Shown here: positions 35,885 to 47,000 of the stretch, in pieces | Layout: each line of letters opens with the position of its first letter | Position numbering within the stretch: position 1 is the first letter of the stretch | IMG/VR virus record: IMGVR_UViG_3300042564_004954 | Location: 4,169-68,168 of that record | DNA length: 64,000 nt | Origin: a virus | Lineage: Duplodnaviria > Caudoviricetes | Reading direction: 5' to 3' (one strand) | The notes under the pieces: generated by a model | What the model saw: the letters and a program-made list of their open reading frames with translations, nothing else | What the model was told of the DNA's origin: nothing | The model's database searches: none | Translations under genes and position numbers: made by a program

Positions 35885-36973
35885 TTAGAATGCAGCAGTA
35901 GTATTTGAACCACTTACAAGAACACCATTTGTTGTATCATTTGGACCGCCAATTGATGTTTTGAACTGTAAATCAACTGTCTTATTCGAACCAATACTTG
36001 AGGAGAATGATTCACTAACAAGTGAGCAACCTTTAAGTTGATATACCATACGATTACTTCCTGTAGGGTTTCTTAATGTTATTGTAATGTCTTTTTCAGT
36101 TTCATCTGCAAGGATAACTGATAAAGATCTATCTGTCACATCGTTAACAATTGCGCTAACTGATAATGTAGCCTCAATTGGGAAATCTGTACTTCTAGCA
36201 TATGCATTCTTACTTCCAAGTCTTTGTAATGAAGTTCTTGACATTGGAATGGACAATGAAGCATTTTGAATATGTATTCCAGCGTTACCAGTTGTAAGAT
36301 TTGAAAGAGTTGTTCCACTAAAGGTTGAAATATCAACACTAATATCACCAGGTCTAATTGCCGAAATGGAAGCAGTACCACTACTTGCAGCAGGTAATGA
36401 GATAGCAGTAGTAAGTCTATCACCGTTAACTGGATTAATAGCTGCGCCACTAATTGTTGAAGCATCTGCATCTGTTATAATATTTAATGCTTCATAAGAA
36501 AGACTCACTGTTGGTACTGAACCAACAGCCATTTCAAGAGAATAATCAGTTAAATAAGCGTTACCGATACCGATTACTGAATTATTAGCACTTGCGACAG
36601 TAGTTCCATTTGCATCAGTACCTTCTGATGTAGTTAAAATATAAAAATTTCTACCAGATCCGTCAGCTAAGTGACCAGAAATAAAGCCTCCTTGCCCAGC
36701 ACTTCCTGTTTGAACATAAAATCCGAGCGCCCTTTCATTAAACCCTTCAGTTAAATAGTAAGAACAGTCGAAATTAACTGTTGGCGGTTCAAGTTGAAGG
36801 GTGTCTATCTTTCCTAATTGGCCGTATTGATTGATGTCAGTCCTATTAAAGGAAAAACTATAGTTTGCACTCTGAACTCTTTCAAGTTGCTTATGATCGC
36901 TTGATGAAGTAGAACTTGCATCTTTACTTACATAAAGAGCTTCCGATTGATAAATTACTCTGTTTCTAGGCAT
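35885..36973 (-). CDS. major tail tube protein (putative)
   Basis: 362 aa S/T/G-rich; RVQSANYSF, SRTSLQRLGS. Confidence 0.7.
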   Translation of the reverse strand: MPRNRVIYQSEALYVSKDASSTSSSDHKQLERVQSANYSFSFNRTDINQYGQLGKIDTLQLEPPTVNFDCSYYLTEGFNERALGFYVQTGSAGQGGFISGHLADGSGRNFYILTTSEGTDANGTTVASANNSVIGIGNAYLTDYSLEMAVGSVPTVSLSYEALNIITDADASTISGAAINPVNGDRLTTAISLPAASSGTASISAIRPGDISVDISTFSGTTLSNLTTGNAGIHIQNASLSIPMSRTSLQRLGSKNAYARSTDFPIEATLSVSAIVNDVTDRSLSVILADETEKDITITLRNPTGSNRMVYQLKGCSLVSESFSSSIGSNKTVDLQFKTSIGGPNDTTNGVLVSGSNTTAAF

Positions 36974-37025
36974 AATGGTTAGTTTATTAGTTTTACATTT
37001 TAAAAATTAAAATGAGAAATTATTT

Positions 37026-37874
37026 TTAAGATCTAGGGTGTCTCTGTTGATGTATTTCAAAATCAATAAATCCAATATATAAGTCATTAGCTAAACTTTT
37101 ACGAGCCTTATCTGTAAGTTTAGATGTAATAACCTCTTCTATAAAGAAAAGTGGATTATTTTGATTTTCTATTTTTAATGTCTCATATGAATACGACCCA
37201 TTTTTGAGATCTCCATATTCATTTAATGGATGTCCAGTAAATGGAATGTTTGAAATTACTTCATTTTGAGAATCTGCGAATATTGATAATGCCCCATCTA
37301 ATTGGTACGCATTTTCAGCCATAACAACAGCTTTCATGGATATTTTAGTAGTATCTTCACCACCAAAAGCAAATGGCTCATTATTCATAGATTCACTAGA
37401 TAAGAATATAGCTGGAACTACTTGGTCATAAGGTTGAACATAATTTTGAGCAGAACTAAAGATTCTTGGATTTGAGTTATATTTTTTGTCAACCAAAAGA
37501 TCTTCTTCGCCTTCATTGGTAAAGTATATGTTAAAATCTTTTACTGCAAAAGCGCCAGTTATATTGGCGGTATCAGCTACTCCACTAACTAAAGTTCTGC
37601 CATTTTCAAAATCAAATATTAAATTATTACTGCGAGAAGTGAATGTATTATTAATCCAAACTCCACTTGGAACATCTGCCCCAGCAATAGAACTATCAGT
37701 TACCCATTGTTTATATGGACTGCCAAAAGCTTTATACCTACTATCAAGACGATCATCAGAGTAGTTATAAAATTTGCCAGTTTTATTTGAATAAGCTTGC
37801 CCCTTCTTTAGTAAGTAATTATCAAACCAAAGAAAAAATGAAGTAGTTGCCCTATGTTGGAATTGTTCAATCAT
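37026..37874 (-). CDS. putative tail completion protein
   Basis: 282 aa upstream of the tail tube. Confidence 0.55.
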   Translation of the reverse strand: MIEQFQHRATTSFFLWFDNYLLKKGQAYSNKTGKFYNYSDDRLDSRYKAFGSPYKQWVTDSSIAGADVPSGVWINNTFTSRSNNLIFDFENGRTLVSGVADTANITGAFAVKDFNIYFTNEGEEDLLVDKKYNSNPRIFSSAQNYVQPYDQVVPAIFLSSESMNNEPFAFGGEDTTKISMKAVVMAENAYQLDGALSIFADSQNEVISNIPFTGHPLNEYGDLKNGSYSYETLKIENQNNPLFFIEEVITSKLTDKARKSLANDLYIGFIDFEIHQQRHPRS

Positions 37875-38451
37875 TTAAAAGTAGAAATTGTTTTTTATAT
37901 TTTGCCAGCAATGAAGATATATAAGCGGTATTTTTAAATCTAACGCTATTGATACTTACACTTGTTTGGATAGCTTCGCCAGATCTACTTTGAGAAGTTT
38001 TTTTAAATAAATAGTATCCTAAGCCAGAAATTCCAGACTCCACCCCTCTTGCCCAACTTCTTCCAGATGCCCAAGGCATTGGTGTAATAGAAAATATGTC
38101 TTTTGGTTCGGGAAAATTAATAGAAAATTGATTTCCAGATTGTATATCTGCCACAAATCTTACTTCAATAGATTCTAATATATTTAATATATCTTGAATT
38201 GGATCGTCTCCTTCATAAAAACCAATAAATGAAAATAAGTTACCTTTCCCATTTAAAGTACCACTAATATTTGATGCATTTGGTCCAGCTTTAATTTCTT
38301 GTGTGACTGGGTGATTTAAAAATTCTTGAATTAATTCGTTTTTAATTTTATTGAATCTATCTTGAACTATATCATTAAAATCTTTTCTCAATAATTTTGG
38401 AGATTGAGAATCAATTATTTTTTGAACATCTGCTGGAAGTCGCCTAGCCAT
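37867..38451 (-). CDS. putative neck protein
   Basis: 194 aa in neck/tail operon. Confidence 0.55.
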   Translation of the reverse strand: MARRLPADVQKIIDSQSPKLLRKDFNDIVQDRFNKIKNELIQEFLNHPVTQEIKAGPNASNISGTLNGKGNLFSFIGFYEGDDPIQDILNILESIEVRFVADIQSGNQFSINFPEPKDIFSITPMPWASGRSWARGVESGISGLGYYLFKKTSQSRSGEAIQTSVSINSVRFKNTAYISSLLAKYKKQFLLLND

Positions 38452-38909
38452 TATTCATCAATTGGTGTTAAAAAGAATTCGTAATATTGATTTGAAAACA
38501 ATCCCATTGGATTACCATCGCTTCTAATTGAAAAAGTTATGCCATCAAATTCTACCTTTCTAGCTTCTTTAATATAGTGATAACCTTCTGGATCTACAAC
38601 GATTTTGACAGAACCTTGTGGCATTATAATTTTATTTTGAGAACCTTTATTAGAGGAACTATCAGCAAAATATTCTTCTTCTAATTTTAAATAATAAATT
38701 CTTGCCATAAATGTAGAGGATACTGTTTCATAGTCTATACTTGTGGCGGCTCCAGCATTTCCATAAATTGAGTTGTATTGAGGAGAACTGGATATAGCTA
38801 TTTTTTTAGCATTCTTATATACTGTTATTTCTCTAGAGAATGTATCATGTAAATCAGCAAGGGCTGAGATCACTTTGTTTTGTCTAGATAAATTAATTAA
38901 ACTTGGCAT
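38451..38909 (-). CDS. putative head-closure protein
   Basis: 152 aa; GTGTAA 8 nt upstream. Confidence 0.55.
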   Translation of the reverse strand: MPSLINLSRQNKVISALADLHDTFSREITVYKNAKKIAISSSPQYNSIYGNAGAATSIDYETVSSTFMARIYYLKLEEEYFADSSSNKGSQNKIIMPQGSVKIVVDPEGYHYIKEARKVEFDGITFSIRSDGNPMGLFSNQYYEFFLTPIDE

Positions 38910-38954
38910 ATTGAAATTTACACTTTTTTATTTATTATTTATTAAGGTATAAGG

Positions 38955-39242
38955 ATGAATGCTAAAAATTCTTTAGAAAAAAAGTCAAAACAGTCAATTA
39001 CAGCCATTTTTAAACAAATGTTAATGATGGTTGAGGACATGAAACAGGATCACGATTATCATTATAAAAAATTATATGATAATATTCCAGAAGAATATCA
39101 TGCCGTAATTTCAACTGCAAATCATTTTGATGAATCAAAATTAGCTTATATTCGTAAAAGAATATTAGATCAGGGAAATGAATGTTTGAGAACTTTTTCT
39201 GATGAAATGAATAATTATACTGTAAGTTTTGTTTTTAAATAA
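38955..39242 (+). CDS. hypothetical protein
   Basis: 95 aa, IRKRILDQGN. Confidence 0.75.
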   Translation: MNAKNSLEKKSKQSITAIFKQMLMMVEDMKQDHDYHYKKLYDNIPEEYHAVISTANHFDESKLAYIRKRILDQGNECLRTFSDEMNNYTVSFVFK

Positions 39243-39259
39243 TATAATAGAAAAATAAT

Positions 39260-40015
39260 ATGGAATTCAAGGAATTATATAGTTTCACAGTCGATAAGGA
39301 AGTAGAGAAAACAATTGAATCTACTAAAAAGGATAAAAAAACAGGTGAAGAAATCATTACCAAGAAAAAGGTAAAAGAAAAAACACCCGTTTCAATTCGT
39401 TTAAAAAGACCATCTCGCAGAGAATTAGAAGAAGCTGAATTAGAATTCAGTGTCGAAATGAGCCGCTGTGTCAAGAAGGGAATTTTAACAAAAGCCATGC
39501 TTGCTAAGAAATATAGTGATACTGGCGGTTTGATGAGTGAAGATGATGCTGGTTCATTGGTCGATTCTTATAAAAAGATTTTTGATCTTCAAAATGAATA
39601 TTCTCGCCTTGAGATTATTCAAGAAAAATCTGATAAACAAAAAGAAAGAGTAGAAGAAATCACTAAGGAGCTTGCTTCAACCCGCCGTCAAATTGTTGAA
39701 TTTGAATCTAACTATCAATCACTTTTTGATCACACCGCTGATGTAAAGGCTCAAAATCGTCTTATTTTGTGGTATGTAATTATGCTCACTTATATTCAAG
39801 AAGAAGAAGATGAGAATCCAAAACCATTTTTCGGAGCTGGAGATTTTGATGAAAGAATTGAAGAATATTATAAAAGAGAAGAATCTGATGATAGCCTTTA
39901 CTTTTTAATCACTAAAAAAGCTGCAACTATTTTAGCTTTCTGGTTCTTCAACCAAGCTTCCGACAAGGAATCATTTGATGGCTTGATGGAAAGAATTGAG
40001 AAGAATGAAGTGTGA
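39260..40015 (+). CDS. putative tail assembly chaperone
   Basis: 251 aa upstream of the tape measure. Confidence 0.55.
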   Translation: MEFKELYSFTVDKEVEKTIESTKKDKKTGEEIITKKKVKEKTPVSIRLKRPSRRELEEAELEFSVEMSRCVKKGILTKAMLAKKYSDTGGLMSEDDAGSLVDSYKKIFDLQNEYSRLEIIQEKSDKQKERVEEITKELASTRRQIVEFESNYQSLFDHTADVKAQNRLILWYVIMLTYIQEEEDENPKPFFGAGDFDERIEEYYKREESDDSLYFLITKKAATILAFWFFNQASDKESFDGLMERIEKNEV

Positions 40016-40998
40016 GTGAAGAAGAATATATAGCCATTGTTGGTGAAATATTTGATGGGTATACTGAGTTTTACTTTAAAGGTGAACCAGTATACCTAAA
40101 ACACTTTTCTATTAGAGATCAAAGATATATTCATAAATATTATAATAGATATAAAAATCTTGCAATAAATAAGGGCATTTCTACTGAAGAACAAGCTTTA
40201 AATAATTTAAAAAAAGATGGTCTTTGGTCTAATGATGATGATGATAAAATATCGTTTTGTGAGCTTGAGCTTGATAGTTTAAGAGATAATTTATTAAACG
40301 CATATTTACCATCGCAAAAAAAATCTCTTCAAGAAACATTAGATGAAAAACAAAAAGAGTTAAATATTTTAAAAATTAAAAGGAAAGAAGTTATTGGCAC
40401 AACTGCTGAAGATTTTGCAAGCTCTAGATCTAATGAAGAATTTATTAGATATATTCTATTTAAGGATCAAGATTTAAAAAAACATTTATTCACTGAGGAG
40501 GAGTTTGGTGAATTAGATGATAAAGATATTGCATATTTAGTAAAACAAAATTCAAATTGTTCTAGTAGATTAAGTGAGGAGTTTATCCAAGAAAGTGTTT
40601 TAAGAGATTTCTTTAATATGTATCTATCTCAAACAGAAGATGTTTCATCATTTTATGGCAAACCAATTATTCATCTTTCTGTTTATCAATTAAAATTGGC
40701 TTTATATGCTAGGGTCTTTTATAACATATTCCAATACAATGATGATATTCCAAATGGAATTAAAAAAGATCCATCTGCTTTATTAAGATTTGCAGAAAGT
40801 AAACGCAATGGACAAGGTAACAAAACATTATCAAAAATAAGAAATCAAGATTCTGGTGCAACGGCTGTTTTTGGCGCAACAAAGGAAGATCTTAGTTATG
40901 TAGATTCGCAAGCTAAACAAATTAACTTAAACGATGAAGTTAAGAAAAAAGGTGGCAGATTGAATATGGATGATATGATTAAATTAATGGGAGAATAG
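40012..40998 (+). CDS. putative tail assembly protein
   Basis: 328 aa immediately before the tape measure. Confidence 0.55.
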   Translation: MSEEEYIAIVGEIFDGYTEFYFKGEPVYLKHFSIRDQRYIHKYYNRYKNLAINKGISTEEQALNNLKKDGLWSNDDDDKISFCELELDSLRDNLLNAYLPSQKKSLQETLDEKQKELNILKIKRKEVIGTTAEDFASSRSNEEFIRYILFKDQDLKKHLFTEEEFGELDDKDIAYLVKQNSNCSSRLSEEFIQESVLRDFFNMYLSQTEDVSSFYGKPIIHLSVYQLKLALYARVFYNIFQYNDDIPNGIKKDPSALLRFAESKRNGQGNKTLSKIRNQDSGATAVFGATKEDLSYVDSQAKQINLNDEVKKKGGRLNMDDMIKLMGE

Positions 40999-41035
40999 TA
41001 TTTTTTATGTGTAAATATTCCTAAAGGAATAAGGA

Positions 41036-44000
41036 ATGCCACTACAGATACCAGTAACCCAAACAGGATTAGAAGCGAGTATTCAACAGGCCATGAGAAA
41101 TGCTGGGCGTAATACTCAGATTAATCTTGGAACGAATAGTCGCCAAATTAATGCTTTAGCGCAGCCACTTGGTAGAATTACTGGTCAAGCCGACGAGTTT
41201 ACAAAATCAATGGAAGCTGCAAATGCTCGTGTGTTTGCTTTCGGCGCTTCGGTTGGTATTATTAATGGCGTAAGTAAAGCTTTTGGCGCTTTAGTCAGAA
41301 ATACAATTGAGGTTGAGAAATCTCTTGTAGAAATTAATACAGTTTTAAATAGAAGCGGAGATGCGTTACAAGACTTTGGTAATAAACTTTTTGATGTAGC
41401 TAAAACTACTGGTCAAACTTTTGATACTGTTGCTAAAGGTGCGTTAGAACTTGCTAGACAAGGTTTAAACACAGAAGACACTTTAAAAAGAATTAATGAC
41501 GCACTTATTCTTTCAAGACTTTCTGGTTTAGATGCTCAACAATCTGTTGAAGGTTTAACGGCGGCATTCAACTCGTTTAAAGAAACAGGAATTACCACAT
41601 CTCAAATTTTAAATAAGCTAGTTGTTGTTTCTCAACAATATTCAGTTTCAGAAAGAGACTTAATTGAAGGTCTTAAAAGATCTGCATCTGTCGCTGATCA
41701 GGCTGGTGTTTCATTTGATGAGTTAGTTGGTATTATTACAACAGTTCAAGAAAGAACTGCTCGCGGTGGTGCTGTTATTGGTAACGCATTTAAAACAATT
41801 TTCGCTCGTATACAAGATACTGGAGCTTTACAAGACTTATCAAATTTAGGTATTAAAGTTGATGATTTAGAAGGTAAGATTTTACCCGCTACAAAAATTT
41901 TACAAAATTTAGGTGCGGAGTTTAATAATTTAAGCCAATTAGAACAAGCAGATATCGCTAAAAAACTTGGTGGCGTTTATCAATTATCAAATTTATTAGC
42001 CGCTGTTAAAGATTTATCAAGTGAACAATCTAAATATAATGATATAGTTAAATTATCAGCTGGCGCAACAAATGAGGCATATCAAAAAAATGCAGCATTA
42101 AATGAAACACTAGCTTCTTTAATTAATAAAGTCAATTTAAGCGCACAACAACTTGGGGCAACTCTTGGGGCTATTGGTATTACAGATAGTTTAAAAGGTT
42201 TATTAAGTTTCTTTAATAATGTTTTAGAGGATATACAAAAAATTCTTGGAGAGGAAAGCGCGTTAGGTACTTTTGTTCAAGGGTTAGCAAAAGGAATTGG
42301 AAGTGTTCTAGCTGGTCCTGGTTTAGCATTATTTGGAGCAATTATTGCAAAACTTTCCAAAGATTTAATTGGTTTTGGTGTTGAGAGTTTAAAAAGTTTC
42401 TTTAAAATTGGTCAATCTGCAAAAGAAATTGCAAGTGTTGAAAAAGCAATTGCTGCTGCTTTAGGTAGTAATTTAACTTTACAAAGACAACTTTTCGCTT
42501 TAGAAGGAAATCGCGCCGCCCAACTCAAGTTAATGACTGACGCTATTGTCCAGCAAGAAGCTGTAATGCGTAGAATGTCTGCTACAGCTGGATCATTAGC
42601 TGGATCGTTATATCAACAAGGAGTCAGATCAACTGGTGGTCAAGGATTGAGGGTTCCTCAGGCGGCTGGTGGTTATATGCCAGCAGTTTCTCAAGAATCT
42701 CGTGATATTAACCGTGGCGTTGGTGGAGCAAAAGCTGGAGATAAACCAGTAGTAATTCCAAATTTTGCATTTGGTGGTGGCAAAAAAGGAACGATGGTCG
42801 CTCATACTGGTGAATATATTATTCCTAATTTTGCAGGAGGTGGTTCAGCTATCTTTAATAGAGATATGGTTAGATCAATGGGTCTTCCAGCTGGTGCTAA
42901 AAAGATTGGTGCTGCTGGAGGATTTATTCCTAATTTTGCAAAATTAAAAGAATTGCCGCAACAAGGGTATAGAGATTTTAACTGGGGCAGTTTTGAAGAA
43001 GCGTCAAAAGCGGCGAAAGATGGATTTGTTACTTACAATAATGCACAATATAGAATTAGTAAATCTCAATTTGATCGTGCTTTAGTAGTTACTGACAAAC
43101 AAAAAAAAGTTATTGATGTTGCTTCTATATTAGGCGATGATTTACCAACTATTTTAACACCAAATCAAAGCGGTTTAAGTGCAATATATACTAAAAAGAA
43201 TATATTTGGCAGCGGAAAAAATGCTGAATTTAAATTTGAATCATTTGGATTACAAGCTAATGGAAAACAGTCGATTAGAAATGATTTTGAAAGAAAATTT
43301 AATGAAGATACAATTAAAAATCTCGCCAATAAAACAGCCTTATCTTATGCAAGAAAAATAGTTTCTTCTTTAGATAGTAAAAATCCTATAGAGCCAGAAA
43401 CATTAGAAGAGGTTGATAAAGTTAAAGGTTTTATTGGTTCTGTGATGGGTGCTTTTGGTGGTATTTTTGACGCAGCTGTTACTACTGGCATAAGAGCCGC
43501 ATCAATAGATAATGATAAAAATATTGAAAATATTGGTGGGGATTTTGATGTTAACGCTAGGGGGGATGCGCGAGATAATATTATTAAATTATTTGGTCCA
43601 AATTCGATTCCAAATAATGGATTAGCAGATTTTAAAATTAATAAAGGTAAATATGCTGTTAAAAGCATGTCTGAGAAAATTTTAAATTCTCCACTTTTTG
43701 CTAATAAATTATCAAAAAGTATAGGTGTGGCTGAAGCGATTAATAAAGCTACTATAAAAGCAAGTAGAGGTTATATTCCTAACTTTGCAAAATACATTTA
43801 TGATTCCGATAGGATTGCTCCAGACAAAGGGGCTACCTTAAAAGCAGTTCTTGCTTCTCAAATTAAAAAGAATCTTATTATTGGTCCAGCAGGATCGGGC
43901 AAATCGACATTAGCTGGAAAAATGGGTAAATTTCTTTCTGGTGTCGGAGATGTAGCTAATGCATCGGAAATTGATATTCTTTCTGGAGCTGCTCGCGCAA

Positions 44001-47000
44001 AAGGAGGCGGCATATCTAAAAATTTAGAAGCTATAATTTCAGCAGTAAATAATTCTGGCGGTAAAGTATCTTATCTTTATGCAAAAAATCTTGATATCTT
44101 ATCTAGAAGAGCTGGAAGAACGGTCGCAGAAGAAGGGGATTTAAGAAGTAAAAAACAATTAAAAGGAACAACTTATGCACCATTAAATCAGTTTGATTTT
44201 ATGGGTTATGTTAAATCAAAATCTCGTAATTTTAATTTGGTTAATGGCGCTAAAGGCTTTATTCCTAACTTTGCAGATCCACTTAAAGAAGCGATAGACC
44301 GCGAAATGTCCGCTGGTGTTCCAGCTTCGCAAATTTATGTAGATCAAAATTCATCATTAAAGAACTCCATGAATCCAATGGGATTAATGGTTGCTAATCG
44401 CCGTGATGAACCAGCTGGTGGTATGCAGGGAATTAGTCGTGCCAGAAAAGAAGGCGCTAATCCAATGTTGTATGGTGCAGCTGGAGGTTTTGTTCCTAAT
44501 TTTCAAAGAAGAGTTGGCACGGGAGCTATACCACCACAATCATTAGGTGGACAAGGGTCAAGTTCAAATAATTTAGAGGGACCAAAAAGAGATTTATTAG
44601 GTGTTATTTTTGCAATTCAAACTGGGTTGACTTTTTTAAATGGGGCCACTTCTGATGCAACAAGTGGATTGGGCAAATTTACTAATGCAATTGGTTCTAT
44701 TGCATCATCTGCTTCAACAGCTTTATTGGTTGGTCAAGGTCTATCTGGATTAGCTAAAGAAGGGAGTAGAGCTGCTGGTATATTAGGAAGGCTTGGGGTC
44801 GCTGGGGCTGTTTTAGCTGGTGGTTTTGAATTATATAAACAACTTTTTATTCAACCAACTAAAGAAGGAGGACAGGCCATTGCTAAATTTTCTGATGCTG
44901 TTAATCAAGCTGGTGTTAGTATTGATAATTTATCAAAAAGCGCTCAACAACAATCACTTCAGGGTGCTGAAGGCTATCTTAAAAGAATGGGTTTTGGTGC
45001 AAGTACTGGTGATGATATTGTAGGTAGGGTATATAAAGATCCAGAAACACAAAAAATGTTTGCAAATGCTTTTCGTATTTCTGGCATAAGTGAAAAAGAC
45101 TTAACTGAAAAATTAGTAGCAGGTGGAGCTTTGCAAAAAAGAGAATTAACTGGAGAAAATGGAAAATCAATACCAGTTTTTGGACAAGGGGAGAAAATGG
45201 GTACTGCTTATGAATATTATGGCGAAGACTTAGATAAAACAAGAAAAGTTCTTTCTGAGATAACTGCAATGCCAGAAAAAATGGTAGATGGTAAGATAAA
45301 TCCAGAATATGAAAAAAGAATAAAAAGAATCCTTGAATTAAAAGGAGAACAAGCTCAAATTGAAAAAGATATAAATGAACCAACAGAAAATGCTATTAGA
45401 TTAAATACGGCAAATATTTCATTGCTTAAACAACAATTAGAAAATAGAATAGCTTATAAAAACGCTTTATTTGAAGCTTCAGGTGCTGAAGAATATTCTT
45501 TAGAACTTCAGAAAGAAATGTTGTCAGTTGGAGAAAAAGAAAGAACTGCTGCTGGTTATAAATTACAAGCCTTACAAGATGCTAAAAAACTAACACTAGA
45601 ACAAGAAAAAGCAACAATAGATGTTTTAAAAAATTCTGAACTTATTAATAAAAAGTTAGAAGGTGCTGGTCTTGGAGGTGCAATTGATGAAACAAAATTT
45701 AAAGAAATTGCTGGTATTTCCGAAGAAATTAGCGATTTAATTAAACAACAAGGTGGATATACTCAAGAAGTTGAAAATAAAGCGCAAAGTTTACTCGCAC
45801 CTATAGTAAAAAATAAAGAACAACAAGACTTAATTCTTTCACTACTTAAAGAAAGTAATAGTGAAGTTGAAAAAAGATTAACTTTAGAATCAAAATTAAA
45901 TGCTTTATCTAATTTGCAAAAGGCAACTATAGAAGCTGCAAATTTTGCTACTGAAAAAAGATCAGCAGCAATTACTAATGAATATGATCAACAATTAAAA
46001 CTAAATGAATTAAGGAAAACAGATCTTGATATAGCATTAGAAAAATTTAAAGTTGGTAAAGAACGCCAAAAAATTGGTGGTGAAGCTGGTGGAAATCTTT
46101 CAGTTGATAGACAAATTTTTGAGCAAGAAAAATTAACAATTAATGCAAAATTAAAAATAGATCAAGAAGATTTATTGATTCAAGTTAGAAAAACGCTCTC
46201 AGAGGCAGCTATGCAAGTTGGTTATAAACCAGAAGAATTATCGCCAATTTCCAAAGCCACATCACAAAAAGAATTTGAAACAATTGTTACCGCAATTGAA
46301 GATGCCGAAAAACAAGCTCAAAAAACAAAAATTCAACAAGCTTTAGATGAAGTAAAGCTGAAAAATAATTCAGCAATATTACAAGCAACAACAGTACAAA
46401 CTTCTGCTAATTATTTCTTACAAACAGTAAAAACAGCAGCAGATTACTTTAGAAACAATCCTTTAGTTCGGTTTTTAGGTGGGGCGGCTGAGGGTGCGGA
46501 AGGAGCGCCTATTAGTTCAGAACAACAAAAAGCTAATCAAGATTTTGAAGCTGCGCAAGCTTCACTTCGATCATCAACTGATACCGCCATAAAATTAGCT
46601 GAGGATGGCATGAGAGCAGTTGACGCTTTACCCAAAAACTTTAGTGGTTTATTTGATGTGTATCCAAATGCAATGAGGGAGAGTGGACAAGCTGCCGAAG
46701 AAGCTGGAATTTCTATTGGTAATTTAGAAAACGCTTTACTTTCAGCTGGTGGATCTCTTACAACATTTGCTAATTTAGTAAGAGGTGTGTTTACAAGTTT
46801 ACCAGAGACTATTGCTCAAAACAAATTTGCAATGCTAACTGCAACAGACACGCAGTCTATCATTGGAAACGCTGTAGAAGCAAGAAGGAATGATATATTA
46901 TCACAAGGACCAGCAAGTGCAGGAACTATTGCTCAAGCCGCTGACGCTACAGCAATTTATGAAAAAGAACTGGAAATAAAAAGAGCAATAACAGCCGAAG

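Noticed and set aside
39260-40998. Programmed frameshift in tail chaperones
   Set aside because: ORFs overlap by GTGA with a usable start; no convincing slippery site at the junction
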